64,000 nucleotides of DNA from Candidatus Aminicenantes bacterium. Its GTDB lineage: Bacteria; Acidobacteriota; Aminicenantia; S016-38. The stretch spans positions 16,451-80,450 of the forward strand of contig JALSNJ010000040.1 in the NCBI GenBank assembly GCA_026987025.1. The letters are read 5' to 3'. The notes beneath the pieces were generated by a model that was not told the origin of the DNA, did no database searches, and saw only the letters and a list, made by a program, of their open reading frames with translations. Shown here piece after piece: positions 44,812 to 56,728 of this stretch. Made by a program: the position numbers and the translations under genes. How positions within the stretch are numbered: position 1 is the first letter of the stretch; every line of letters starts with the position of its first letter.

Positions 44812-45838
44812 TTTCTCTCCTTAAATAAACAGTTTGTATTGGGAAGGGGATGTCAATTCCCTCCTTCCGGAAGTTCTCAAGTATTCTATCCCTGATCCTG
44901 TTGGCGGTGGAAAATACCTTCTTGGGGTCATCCACATGGAAGACCAGGAGGAAGTTCAGGGAGAAATCGGCAAATTCAGTAAAAAACGCAACGGGCTCCG
45001 GTTCCCTCAGAACCTCATCCACCTCCAGGGCGGACCTTATAAGCACTTCCCTTACCTTCTTCGGGTTCTCTTTGTAGGAGACCCCTACCGAAACCCTCCC
45101 TACGGTTCTGCTTTCGGGCAGGTAAAAATTAAGAACCTTGCTTTTTACCAGGAGGGAGTTCGGAATTACAAGGACATAATTCTCCACGGTTTTTATCTTT
45201 GTGGTCCTCAGACCTATTTCCAGAACATCCCCGAACTCTCCGCTTTCCAGCTTGATCCTGTCACCCACCTTGAAGGGCTGGTCCAGGAGTATGGTTAGCC
45301 CGGCTATTATGTTGGAGAGGGTATCCTGGGCTGCAAGTCCAATGGCCAGGGAGCCCACCCCCATGGATACCACTAAGGAGGATATGTCGTAATTGAACCT
45401 CTTCATCACTATCATTAGCCCTGCGGTCCATACGAAGAGTTTTTCACCGATCTCTAAGATGGGGGCGAAGCGCCGGACGAATTCCTTGTTGGCAGCGCTC
45501 TCGTGAAGCCATTGAACTATGGCCTTGAACAGATTGTTTATGGCGATAACCACCAGCAGAACTATGAGCACGAAGAGGGTATCCTGAATTACCCTGGAGA
45601 AGGATGGTTTCAATGTGGCGAAGTGCAGGGCTATGTGAGCAGCTATAACCACCGCCGCCAACTGGAGGGGAGTGGATAGGGCTTTGAAGGCGTAATCGTC
45701 CAGCCTGGTTTTTGTTTTAGCGGAAATCCCCCTGGCCAGCCTCAGGGCCACCTTCACCAAGAATATGCCCAGGAGGGAGAGGGCTACGAAAAGAATTATA
45801 AAAAGAAGCCATCCTTCCGTTATCATGGGAAACCTCAC
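44795..45838 (-). CDS. Small-conductance mechanosensitive channel (MscS family)
   Basis: 347 aa with N-terminal TM helices and an MscS beta-domain (FKVGDRIKLESGEFGDVLEIGLRTTKIKT). Confidence 0.85.
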   Translation of the reverse strand: MRFPMITEGWLLFIILFVALSLLGIFLVKVALRLARGISAKTKTRLDDYAFKALSTPLQLAAVVIAAHIALHFATLKPSFSRVIQDTLFVLIVLLVVIAINNLFKAIVQWLHESAANKEFVRRFAPILEIGEKLFVWTAGLMIVMKRFNYDISSLVVSMGVGSLAIGLAAQDTLSNIIAGLTILLDQPFKVGDRIKLESGEFGDVLEIGLRTTKIKTVENYVLVIPNSLLVKSKVLNFYLPESRTVGRVSVGVSYKENPKKVREVLIRSALEVDEVLREPEPVAFFTEFADFSLNFLLVFHVDDPKKVFSTANRIRDRILENFRKEGIDIPFPIQTVYLRRENEGKN

Positions 45839-45846
45839 GGGGAAAG

Positions 45847-45933
45847 TGGTGCCGAGGGCGGGACTCGAACCCGCACGGGCTTAGACCCACCAACACCTCA
45901 AGCTGGCGCGTCTGCCAATTCCGCCACCTCGGC
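45847..45933 (-). tRNA. tRNA-Leu (GAG), type II with long variable arm, CCA encoded
   Basis: The reverse complement reads GCCGAGGTGGCGGAATTGGCAGACGCGCCAGCTTGAGGTGTTGG...GGGTTCGAGTCCCGCCCTCGGCACCA. The anticodon loop is TTGAGGT. Confidence 0.85.
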
Positions 45934-45939
45934 ACCCGT

Positions 45940-46227
45940 CTATTTTTTCGTTTCGGTCTGCTGAACCACGGATTTCTCCACCACCGAGGCCTTCCCGGCC
46001 TTTGAGGAGAGGATGTAGAGGCTAAGGGAGGTCAAAACGAAAAGGGTGGCCAGGACCGCGGTGGCCTTGGCCAGAACTGTGGTGGCTCCCCTGGGCCCGA
46101 AAACAGAGGAGCTGCTGGCACCTCCGAAGACCGCAGCTATATCCGCCTTCTGCCCGCTCTGCATTAAAATCACGATGATGAGCAGAACAGAGATAATTAC
46201 ATGAAAAACTAAGATTACGCTATACAT
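45940..46227 (-). CDS. secG: Preprotein translocase subunit SecG
   Basis: 95 aa, two TM helices, LMQSGQKADIAAVFGG. Confidence 0.85.
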   Translation of the reverse strand: MYSVILVFHVIISVLLIIVILMQSGQKADIAAVFGGASSSSVFGPRGATTVLAKATAVLATLFVLTSLSLYILSSKAGKASVVEKSVVQQTETKK

Positions 46228-46954
46228 TATCCTTTCTCCTCAAAGGCCTTAACTCCGGCCATGATTATATCATAAAAGGAGTCCGGTTTCAAGGAAGCTC
46301 CTCCCACCAGGACCCCGTCTATGTGGGGTTGTTTCATTAGTGAAAATGCGTTTTCGGGTTTTACCGAACCGCCATAGAGAACCTTTATGTTTCCCAGATA
46401 TTCCTTGATGAAGGCGTGAACTTCTTCTGCCTGGTCCGGGGTTGCGTTTTTCCCAGTGCCTATGGCCCAGATGGGCTCGTAGGCTATAATGAGCCGGTGA
46501 GGGTCAATTCCGGACAGGTCCGCATCCAGCTGGAATTTTATCTTTTCCATGGTTCTCCCTTCTTCCCTTTCGCCAAGGTGTTCGCCCACGCAGAGGACGG
46601 GTTTCAATCCCCACTTCAGGGCGGCCTTGAGCTTGAGGTTTATGAGCTCGTCGGTCTCTCCGAAGATATTCCTCCTTTCAGAATGGCCCACCAGCACGAA
46701 GTCCGCCCCGGCCTCCACCAGCATCTCTGCAGAGACTTCGCCGGTGAAGGCCCCTTTTTCTCTCCAGTAAAGGTTCTGGCCGCCCAGGGCTATTGCCTTC
46801 CTTTCTGCCAGCTCCTTCACCTGGGGGAGGGTGGGAAAGGGTGGGAATATCACCACCTGCGCTTTTTCCCGGGGGAATTCCTTTATTTCTTCAAAGAAGG
46901 CCTTTCCCCGTATGGGGCCGTTGTTCATTTTCCAGTTTCCGGCTATAAAAGGTC

Positions 46955-46958
<4 letters not shown>
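46227..46958 (-). CDS. tpiA: Triosephosphate isomerase
   Basis: IAGNWKMN...VGHSERR...AYEPIWAIGTG. Confidence 0.95.
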
Positions 46959-49158
<2,200 letters not shown>

Positions 49159-49228
49159 TTATTATCTGCGGCCTCTGGTTGTCAATAGAATTTTTTCGTA
49201 GGATAATTAAGAAACAATGGAGGTTACC

Positions 49229-50005
49229 ATGATAGAGGAAAGGAAAATAACCGAAGCCATAATAAGGAGCTACACGGAGAAACTTCTCCAGCACCTGGAA
49301 AACGATGTCCTGATAGCCGGAAGCGGCCCCTCAGGGCTGGTGGCGGCCTATTATCTGGCGAAGCAGGGGTTAAAGGTGGCGATTCTTGAGAAGAAGCTCA
49401 GCATAGGCGGAGGGATATGGGGAGGCGGCATGATGTTCAATTCCATAGTGGTACAGAGGGAGGGGAAGGAGGTTATGGACGAGTTCGGGATGCCCTCCCG
49501 GGAGTTCGCTCCTGGGTACTTTGTGGCCGATGCGGTTCTTGTGGCCAGTCTTTTGGCGTCCAAGGCCCTTCTGGCCGGGGCTGTGATCTTCAACGGTATT
49601 CTCTTGGAGGATGTGATACTCAAGGAGGGCAGGGTAGGGGGGGCTGTTATCAACTGGTCAGCGGTGCAGGTGGCAGGACTTCATGTGGACCCCCTGGCCC
49701 TTCATTCCAGGTTTCTCATTGACGCCACCGGCCACGATGCCGAGGTGGTGAAGGTTCTCCAGGAGAAGAGCAGGGTAAAGCTGAAAACCCCCTCCGGCAA
49801 AATGGAAGGGGAGAGGTCCATGTGGGCCGACAAGGCAGAAGGCTTCGTGGCCTCCAACACTAAAGAGGTGTTTCCAGGACTTATAGTGGCAGGGATGGCC
49901 GCCAACGCCACCTTCGGAGGTCCAAGAATGGGGCCTATCTTCGGCGGCATGTTTCTCTCGGGAAAAAGGGCCGCCGAAATTATCCTTGAAGAAATCAGGG
50001 GGTGA
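49229..50005 (+). CDS. Thi4-family thiazole synthase (archaeal/bacterial sulfide-dependent type)
   Basis: [19 protein letters not shown] as the FAD/NAD-binding GxGxxG motif, and [24 protein letters not shown] sits 5 nt upstream of the ATG at 49229; the ORF track starts at 49217. Confidence 0.75.
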   Translation: MIEERKITEAIIRSYTEKLLQHLENDVLIAGSGPSGLVAAYYLAKQGLKVAILEKKLSIGGGIWGGGMMFNSIVVQREGKEVMDEFGMPSREFAPGYFVADAVLVASLLASKALLAGAVIFNGILLEDVILKEGRVGGAVINWSAVQVAGLHVDPLALHSRFLIDATGHDAEVVKVLQEKSRVKLKTPSGKMEGERSMWADKAEGFVASNTKEVFPGLIVAGMAANATFGGPRMGPIFGGMFLSGKRAAEIILEEIRG

Positions 50006-50970
50006 AAATGGCTCAAAAGAATGTCCTCCCCTTTGAAGAACCTATTGTAAAGTTGAGGGAGGAGATAAGAGAACTTCAGAGAAGGAGGGATGAGGAGGCC
50101 AGGCTCAGGGAAAAGGAATTGATGGAGGAACTGGAGAGGGAATGGAAGAGAATTACCTCATCCCTCAACCGGTGGCAGAAAACCCTTCTTGCCCGCCATC
50201 CCCTCCGTCCTTATACCTTAGACTACATTTACCGCCTCTTTGACGATTTCGTGGAATTTCACGGCGACAGGCGATTTGCCGACGACCCGGCCATAGTGGC
50301 AGGTTTTGGCTTTTATCACGGAATTTCCGTGGCAGTGGTGGGCCATCAAAAGGGAAGAACCACCCAGGAAAGGTTAAAGAGGAACTTCGGCCAGGCCAAT
50401 CCTGAGGGTTATCGCAAAGCCATAAGGGTAATGAAGATGGCGGAGAAGTTCCGCAGGCCGGTCATAACCTTCATAGACACCCCTGGAGCCTATCCTGGAA
50501 TAGGCTCAGAGGAGAGGGGACAGGCGGAGGCCATAGCCTACAACCTCATGGAAATGGCGGGGCTTAAGGTTCCCATAGTGTCGGTGGTTATAGGGGAAGG
50601 GGGGAGTGGAGGTGCCCTGGGCATAGGGGTGGCGGATAGAATCCTGATGATGGAATTTTCCATTTACTCAGTGATTTCCCCGGAGGGATGCGCTGCTATT
50701 TTGTGGAGGAATCAGGGGGCAGTGGAGGAGGCGGCGGAGAACCTGAAGCTCACAGCCCAGGACCTTTATTCCTTCGGCATAGCCGACGAGATAATACCGG
50801 AACCCCCGGGAGCTGCCCATAGCTTCCCGGAGATGGCGGCCAAGACGGTGGACGAAGTCCTCTGGAGGAACCTGCAGCAGCTCATGGAAATGGACCCCCA
50901 GGAGAGGATAGAAAGGAGATACGAGAAGTATAGAAAAATAGGGGTTTTCCGTGAGGAGACTAACACCTGA
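50002..50970 (+). CDS. accA: Acetyl-CoA carboxylase carboxyltransferase alpha subunit
   Basis: [23 protein letters not shown] plus an N-terminal coiled region, 322 aa. Confidence 0.9.
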   Translation: MKMAQKNVLPFEEPIVKLREEIRELQRRRDEEARLREKELMEELEREWKRITSSLNRWQKTLLARHPLRPYTLDYIYRLFDDFVEFHGDRRFADDPAIVAGFGFYHGISVAVVGHQKGRTTQERLKRNFGQANPEGYRKAIRVMKMAEKFRRPVITFIDTPGAYPGIGSEERGQAEAIAYNLMEMAGLKVPIVSVVIGEGGSGGALGIGVADRILMMEFSIYSVISPEGCAAILWRNQGAVEEAAENLKLTAQDLYSFGIADEIIPEPPGAAHSFPEMAAKTVDEVLWRNLQQLMEMDPQERIERRYEKYRKIGVFREETNT

Positions 50971-53269
50971 GGAAGTAGAGTTTGAAATTCCCGAGGAGCT
51001 GGTTCCCCGGGATTTTTCCAGGCTTAAGAGGGTTAAGGGGATAATCGGCCAGGAAACCGCCTTAAAAGCCCTTAAATTTGGCCTTAGCATAACCAAGAGG
51101 GGCTTCAATGTCTTTGTGGCCGGTGAGCCGGGAACCGGGAGAACTTCCGCCGTAAAAGCCTTTCTTGAGGAAATAGCGGCCAAGCGGAAAACTCCTCCCG
51201 ACCTCGTTTTCGTCAACAACTTTCAGGACCCCTACTCTCCCATTCCAATATTCCTCAAACCAGGGGATGGAAAGAGGCTGGTGGAGGTCCTCTCCCGGGC
51301 CATCAACGAACTTCTGGATTATGCCATAAGGATGGAGGCCAGCGAGGAGTTCAAGAAGGCCACGGAAGATAGAAGAAAGGAGTACGATAGAAAACACGAG
51401 GAATTCATTAAGAAGCTCAACCAGCTGGCCCTGAGCATGGGGTTTGTCCTGGAGGTTTCCCAGGGAGGGGTGGCCATAATCCCCTTAAAGGACGGCAGGA
51501 AGATCCCCCAGGAGGAATTTCAGAAACTGCCGGAGGAGGAGAAGAAGGAGATTCAGAGAAGGCGACAGCAACTGGAGGAGAAAATAGAGGAGCTTTCCAG
51601 GGCGAAGAAGGAGATGGACCAGCAGATGAGAAAAGCCATAGGGGAGGCGGTGAAGCAGATTCTGTCCGGGAAATGGGACGAATTAATGGGGGATGCTGTG
51701 CGAATTCTTTCCCAGAGCAAGGAAGGGAGAACATACCTTCGCCAGGCCAAGGAGGCCTTTTTGCAGATACCCCAGGAGGTCAAGGGGGTTCCCGCAGATG
51801 AAAGGGACAGCTGGTTAAAGGAGGTAAAGAAGAGATTTTCCGTCAACCTTGCCGTGGATAATTCCAAGCTCCGGGGAGCACCCCTTATAATAGAAACAAA
51901 TCCCACCTACAAGAACCTCTTCGGAGTTATAGAAAGGGAGGCAGTTTACGGAACTTATACCACGGACTTCACCATGATTAAGGTAGGTTCCCTTCTTAAA
52001 GCCAACGGAGGCTTTCTTATAGTCCACGCCGAGGATATGACCAATCCCCTTGTCTGGAAAAATCTCAAGAGGGCTTTGGATACAGGATGGGTCAGAATAG
52101 AGGACCTGGAGAGCCTTTTAAACCCCGTTTCCACCAAGGGAATAAAGCCCCTTCCCATACCCGTGGATGTTAAGGTCATCCTCATAGGTTCCTACGGCAT
52201 GTATTCCCTTCTCTATCGTCTGGACCCCGAGTTTAAGGAGGTGTTCAGGATAAAGGCGGAGTTCGATTGGTCCATGCCCATAAACAAAAAAAATCTGAGG
52301 GCCCTGGCCTCCTTCTTCAGGACCTATATTGAGGAGAGGGGATATCTTCCCCTCACCGTGGATGGATTCAAGGAGATGGTTAAATACCTGGCAAGACAGG
52401 TGGAAGGACGGGACAGGATGAGCACCAATTTTGGGCTTATGACCGAAATATTAGCGGAGGCGGACTTCCTTGCCAAGGAAGGGGGAAGAGGGGGTATAGA
52501 TGCCCGGGCAATTAAGCAAGCCATAAGTCAGAGGGAGGAGAGGATTTCCATCTTTAAGAGGAAGGAAATGGAGTTCTTCAAGAAAAACATCCTCAGGCTG
52601 GAGGTCAGCGGAAGGAAAGTTGGGCAGATAAACGGCTTGACCTATGTCAGCATTGATGGCCTTCGTTTCGGGCGTCCGGTGAAAATAACCGCCACCGCCG
52701 CCCCTGGAAAGGAGGGAATTGTAAACATAGAGAAGGAAGCGGCCCTTTCAGGCCCCATCCACACCAAGGGAGTTTGCATCATAAACGGACTGCTGGCCGA
52801 GAGGTTTGCCAGGGACTTTCCCCTTACCCTTTCGGCCAGGGTGGTTTTTGAACAGAGCTATTCGGAAATAGATGGGGATTCGGCCTCCGCCGCAGAATTT
52901 GTGGTTCTTCTTTCCGCCATAACCGGACTGCCGGTAAGGCAGAACTTTGCCCTTACCGGATCGGTTAATCAGAAGGGGGAGATTCAGGCGGTGGGGGGCG
53001 TTAACGAAAAAATAGAGGGTTTCTTTGAGGTTTGCAGAATGAAGGGACTTAGAGGGAAAAAGGGGGTGGTCATCCCGGCGGACAACCTTCTGGACCTGAA
53101 CCTAAGGGATGAGGTGCTTCACGCTGTAAGGGAAGGTAAGTTTGAAATTCACACGGCTCAAAACATAGAGGAGGTGGCGGAATTTATGATGGGCAGGCCC
53201 TTTGAGGAAATAAGGAAGAGGGCTACGGAAAAGCTCCGTCGCTTTTACTCCCTTTCCAGGGAGGGATAA
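50951..53269 (+). CDS. Lon-like protease with a degenerate AAA+ module (LonC / COG1067 type) and C-terminal Lon proteolytic domain
   Basis: 772 aa. The Walker A is GEPGTGRT, with Lys replaced by Arg. The C-terminal S16 domain ([30 protein letters not shown]) carries the Ser-Lys dyad region. Confidence 0.75.
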   Translation: MRRLTPEEVEFEIPEELVPRDFSRLKRVKGIIGQETALKALKFGLSITKRGFNVFVAGEPGTGRTSAVKAFLEEIAAKRKTPPDLVFVNNFQDPYSPIPIFLKPGDGKRLVEVLSRAINELLDYAIRMEASEEFKKATEDRRKEYDRKHEEFIKKLNQLALSMGFVLEVSQGGVAIIPLKDGRKIPQEEFQKLPEEEKKEIQRRRQQLEEKIEELSRAKKEMDQQMRKAIGEAVKQILSGKWDELMGDAVRILSQSKEGRTYLRQAKEAFLQIPQEVKGVPADERDSWLKEVKKRFSVNLAVDNSKLRGAPLIIETNPTYKNLFGVIEREAVYGTYTTDFTMIKVGSLLKANGGFLIVHAEDMTNPLVWKNLKRALDTGWVRIEDLESLLNPVSTKGIKPLPIPVDVKVILIGSYGMYSLLYRLDPEFKEVFRIKAEFDWSMPINKKNLRALASFFRTYIEERGYLPLTVDGFKEMVKYLARQVEGRDRMSTNFGLMTEILAEADFLAKEGGRGGIDARAIKQAISQREERISIFKRKEMEFFKKNILRLEVSGRKVGQINGLTYVSIDGLRFGRPVKITATAAPGKEGIVNIEKEAALSGPIHTKGVCIINGLLAERFARDFPLTLSARVVFEQSYSEIDGDSASAAEFVVLLSAITGLPVRQNFALTGSVNQKGEIQAVGGVNEKIEGFFEVCRMKGLRGKKGVVIPADNLLDLNLRDEVLHAVREGKFEIHTAQNIEEVAEFMMGRPFEEIRKRATEKLRRFYSLSREG

Positions 53270-53964
53270 TAGGGTTCCTGGAAAATCTTCTCCAGCTCCC
53301 GCTGGCTTAGATACCGCCATTGTCCCTTTTTTAAGTTTCCGAGGCGGAGGGAGCCTATGGCTTCCCTCTTAAGATAGACCACCCGGAATCCGTAGGATAG
53401 GAAAAATCTCCTCACCACCCTCTTCATTCCTTCGTGTAGAATTATCCTGTATTTTTTCCTCCCCAGCCTTTGAAGGAGGTCCGGTACCACCCTCCTGCCA
53501 TGGATGAAGGTTCCCTTCCTCATGTTCCCCAGCATCTGTGGTGGCACTTCCCTGTCGGTTTTTACCAAATAGCTCTTTTTTATTCCGAAGCTGGGGTGGG
53601 TTATTCTGTAAGCCAGTTCCCCATCGTTGGTGAGTATGAGGAGCCCTTCTGTCTCTTTGTCCAGCCTGCCCACAGGAAACACTCTTTCAGTAACTTCCCC
53701 CAGAAGTTCCAAAACGGTTTTTTCCCCGAACTGGGACTTTGTGGAGGTTACAAATCCTGCGGGCTTGTTCAGCATTATGTAAATTTTCTTCTGGGGAAGT
53801 TTTACTTCCTTCCCGTCCACCTCCACCCGGTTTTTCCCGGGGATTATTCTTTCCCCAATCTTGGCCGGTCTTCCGTCCACGAAGACCCTTCCCTGCCTTA
53901 TGAGCTCCTCCGCCTTCCTTCGGGAACATATCCCGGCCATGGCTATGAACTTCTGAAGCTTCAT
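53245..53964 (-). CDS. Pseudouridine synthase, RsuA/RluB family (S4 + PseudoU_synth_2)
   Basis: An S4 domain (MKLQKFIAMAGICSRRKAEELIRQGRV) and a catalytic GRLDKETEGLLILTNDG motif. Confidence 0.85.
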   Translation of the reverse strand: MKLQKFIAMAGICSRRKAEELIRQGRVFVDGRPAKIGERIIPGKNRVEVDGKEVKLPQKKIYIMLNKPAGFVTSTKSQFGEKTVLELLGEVTERVFPVGRLDKETEGLLILTNDGELAYRITHPSFGIKKSYLVKTDREVPPQMLGNMRKGTFIHGRRVVPDLLQRLGRKKYRIILHEGMKRVVRRFFLSYGFRVVYLKREAIGSLRLGNLKKGQWRYLSQRELEKIFQEPYYPSLERE

Positions 53965-53972
53965 GTCCGCTC

Positions 53973-55826
53973 TCATTTTCCCCGGACCCATATGGCTCTG
54001 GAGGACAGGTTCCCTGCGAAGTCCCGGGCCTGAACCTTTAGAAGGTGTTTACCCTTGGGAATCTTTATCCTGCTGAAGGCAAGCCCCGCATCGTAGTCGT
54101 ATTCAGGGATAAATCTTTTCTTCCCTATGGAAATGTAGATTTCCTCCGGATTCACTCCGCTTCCCCCGTCGGTTATCTTCACGAATATTTTGCCTTTTTT
54201 TATACGAATCCTGCCTATTCTGGGAGGAGCGATGTCCTTAGCCACCACGAAGACGCCCAGAAGCTTGGTTTTTGCCCTCAGGCGGTTTTCCATCAGGGTG
54301 GGCTTAAGTAAGGACCATCCCCTGGAGAACTTCCTGTAAATCCCCACGGTGCTGTCAAATTTTCCCTCAAATTTCATTTCCACCGTGGCGGGATTTTTTA
54401 AAAGAGCTTCCCTGGGGGTTATGAGGTAGAAAGGGGAGAGGGGCAGGAGTTCCCGGGGGAGCTTCTGGGGGGGGATCCTGGAAACCCTCAGGTTCAGGCC
54501 CGGAAAGCTTCCCGGGAGGGCTTTGATTTTTATTTCAGAGGCAGAGTTTGCTATGCGAAAATGGAATCCCTGTACTGTTAGCTCTTCTTCCCCGGGGCTT
54601 AGCACCGAAAAGCATTCCCCCTGACAAAACATGGGGGAAGCAATGGTTCCCCTGGGCAATACTACCCTTTCCCATCCTATGTGGGCTTCTATTCTCCTGG
54701 GGCGGAGCTTCTCCCCTGACTTCAGAGCTTTTCCCCTGTAAAGGATTATCCAGGGGGAAGAGAAACCCCCTGCCCTGACCTTGAAGCGTATATACCCCTG
54801 CGAAGGAATTCTCCCCTTAACCCTTTCCCATCCCTTTACTCCCCATTTATGGGGGCAGCAAATCCCTTTCAGGGAGAAGGGAGAAGGCCAGTGGCGGAGA
54901 AGAAGTTGCACCCGGGAGGAGTTTCCCCGTATGTTCTGGCCGATAACCCTCAGGGTGTGCTCTCCCTTCTCAATACAAAGGGGAGGGGAGGAGAAGGGCG
55001 GAATCACATAATACGGACTTTTGGGGGAGGATAGGGCTAAATTATAGAACCACCCTGCGGTGTGGTTCAGAGAAAACTGAAATTCGTCTCCCCTCAGCTC
55101 AAAAACCTTTTTCCCGTCAAAGTAGGCCTGCAAACGGTAAATCCCGCACCTTCCCTTGCATTTCTCGTAGCCTCGGAGGAAAAGCCTGAAGCAACCGTGT
55201 ACCGGTATTTCTCTCCTTTCCGGAAGCCCGCCGTAAAACCTGGTGGGGCTGAGGCCCACAAAGCTTCCGGGGGAAGCAACTTCAAGGATGTAGGAGCGAA
55301 AAACCACCGGACCTGTGCTGGTAGGGAGGAATTTCAGAGGGTTCAGGGGACGGGTTTCCCCTTTCCTTATCTCAAAATGAAGGTGTGGGCCCCCTGCCCC
55401 CATGGAGCCACTGTAGCCTATGATCTGGCCTCTTTTTACCTTTATGGGTTTTTCCAGGTAATAATTGCCTATATATTTTCTCCCGATTTTTTTCCCCAGG
55501 CTTCTTATAAGGTCCTCCAGGCCAAGCCGCCGGTTTTCAAACCTCAAAAGATGGCCGTATACCGTGACATATCCTCCGGGATGCCTTATGTAAAGGGCCC
55601 TTCCGAAGCCGTACCAGTGGTAAAAAATCCTGAAAATCTCTCCTGAGGCCGCTGCCCTCACGGGAAGCCCTGTCCTTCTGTAGGTGCTGAGGTCAACCCC
55701 GCTGTGAAAATGGGTGGTTCTGTATTCGTAGAAGGTGGAGGTCAGGGCGGTAAAGGGCTTCAGGGGCCATATAAAACCCTGGGCCTTGAGCAAATAGACG
55801 GCCAGGAGGAAGGAAATTCTTTTCAC
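53973..55826 (-). CDS. Secreted M23-family metallopeptidase with a long (~430 aa) uncharacterised C-terminal extension
   Basis: A signal peptide is followed by HSGVDL...GRALYIRHPGGYVTVYGHL...GPHLHFE, the M23 HxxxD / HxH motifs. Confidence 0.75.
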   Translation of the reverse strand: MKRISFLLAVYLLKAQGFIWPLKPFTALTSTFYEYRTTHFHSGVDLSTYRRTGLPVRAAASGEIFRIFYHWYGFGRALYIRHPGGYVTVYGHLLRFENRRLGLEDLIRSLGKKIGRKYIGNYYLEKPIKVKRGQIIGYSGSMGAGGPHLHFEIRKGETRPLNPLKFLPTSTGPVVFRSYILEVASPGSFVGLSPTRFYGGLPERREIPVHGCFRLFLRGYEKCKGRCGIYRLQAYFDGKKVFELRGDEFQFSLNHTAGWFYNLALSSPKSPYYVIPPFSSPPLCIEKGEHTLRVIGQNIRGNSSRVQLLLRHWPSPFSLKGICCPHKWGVKGWERVKGRIPSQGYIRFKVRAGGFSSPWIILYRGKALKSGEKLRPRRIEAHIGWERVVLPRGTIASPMFCQGECFSVLSPGEEELTVQGFHFRIANSASEIKIKALPGSFPGLNLRVSRIPPQKLPRELLPLSPFYLITPREALLKNPATVEMKFEGKFDSTVGIYRKFSRGWSLLKPTLMENRLRAKTKLLGVFVVAKDIAPPRIGRIRIKKGKIFVKITDGGSGVNPEEIYISIGKKRFIPEYDYDAGLAFSRIKIPKGKHLLKVQARDFAGNLSSRAIWVRGK

Positions 55827-55886
55827 TCTGGATATTTTAAACTAAAGGAGCTTTGAGGGAAACCAAAATTCCGTTATCATTACTAC

Positions 55887-56342
55887 ATGATTAATCTTTC
55901 CCTTTACTTGAAGAAGGACCTAATTAAATTGGGGGAGGAGCTTTCCAGCAAGGAGGAAGTCCTCCGCAGGATAGCGGAGCTTCTTTCCGGGGGAGGCTAT
56001 GTGGAGGACCTGGAGAAGGCCTTCTCCGAGCTCAAGAGGAGGGAGGAAATTCAATCCACGGGCATCGGGGGAGGTATAGCCGTGCCTCACCTGCTCTGCG
56101 ACATAGAGGAGCCCGTGGTGGGATTTATGACCCTGAAGGCCCCTGTAGAATTTGATGCCCTGGACGGAAAGCCGGTGGATGTGGTTTTCTTTACCGCTGC
56201 CCCCAATCCCAACCTTCACCTGAGAATGCTGGCCCGCCTGGCCAGGTTGGTTAAATCATCTGGGATAGTGGACAGGATAAGAAAGGCCGAAGGTCCCGAG
56301 GAGGCCTACGAGGCCTTTAAGCAGGAGGAGATAAGTCTGTGA
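55887..56342 (+). CDS. ptsN: PTS EIIA-type-2 (EIIA-Ntr / PtsN-like) protein
   Basis: 151 aa with the phosphorylatable His in STGIGGGIAVPH. Confidence 0.75.
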   Translation: MINLSLYLKKDLIKLGEELSSKEEVLRRIAELLSGGGYVEDLEKAFSELKRREEIQSTGIGGGIAVPHLLCDIEEPVVGFMTLKAPVEFDALDGKPVDVVFFTAAPNPNLHLRMLARLARLVKSSGIVDRIRKAEGPEEAYEAFKQEEISL

Positions 56343-56668
56343 AGCTTTTGGTAGCAGTCATAGTGAAAAGGGAAAAGTTTGAGGAACTCCTGGAGGCCCT
56401 CATTGAGATAGGGACTCCAGGGATAACCATCCTGGATTCCGTGGGGGCCATAGATTATCTGAAGGAGGAAGTTCCCATCTTCGCAGGTTTCAGGGCCCTT
56501 TTTGATGGGAAGACCGCCTTTTCCAAGACCATCTTTTCGGTGATCCCGGATGAGATGGAGGAAGGAGTTCTGAATGAGATTGAAAAGGTCCTGGGGGACC
56601 TGGGCAAGCCCGATACTGGAATAGCCTTCACCCTGCCGGTCTCAAAGGTAAGGGGTCTCAGAAAATAG
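56339..56668 (+). CDS. PII (GlnB)-fold small regulatory protein, non-canonical
   Basis: 109 aa with a beta-alpha-beta-beta-alpha-beta periodicity (MKLLVAVIVKREKFEELLEALIEIGTPGITILDSVG...). It overlaps the ptsN stop by 4 bp. Confidence 0.45.
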   Translation: MKLLVAVIVKREKFEELLEALIEIGTPGITILDSVGAIDYLKEEVPIFAGFRALFDGKTAFSKTIFSVIPDEMEEGVLNEIEKVLGDLGKPDTGIAFTLPVSKVRGLRK

Positions 56669-56728
56669 TAACCTTTTCCCCTGAAATTCGTATAAAATTC
56701 TTTACCTTTCATAATGAAGGAGGCAGTT

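Noticed and set aside
50951-53269. Possibility that the Lon-like protease is BrxL of a BREX defence system
   Set aside because: No PglX methyltransferase, PglZ, BrxA/B/C or other defence genes are nearby. The context is accA and rluB. The degenerate Walker A fits LonC, not BrxL.
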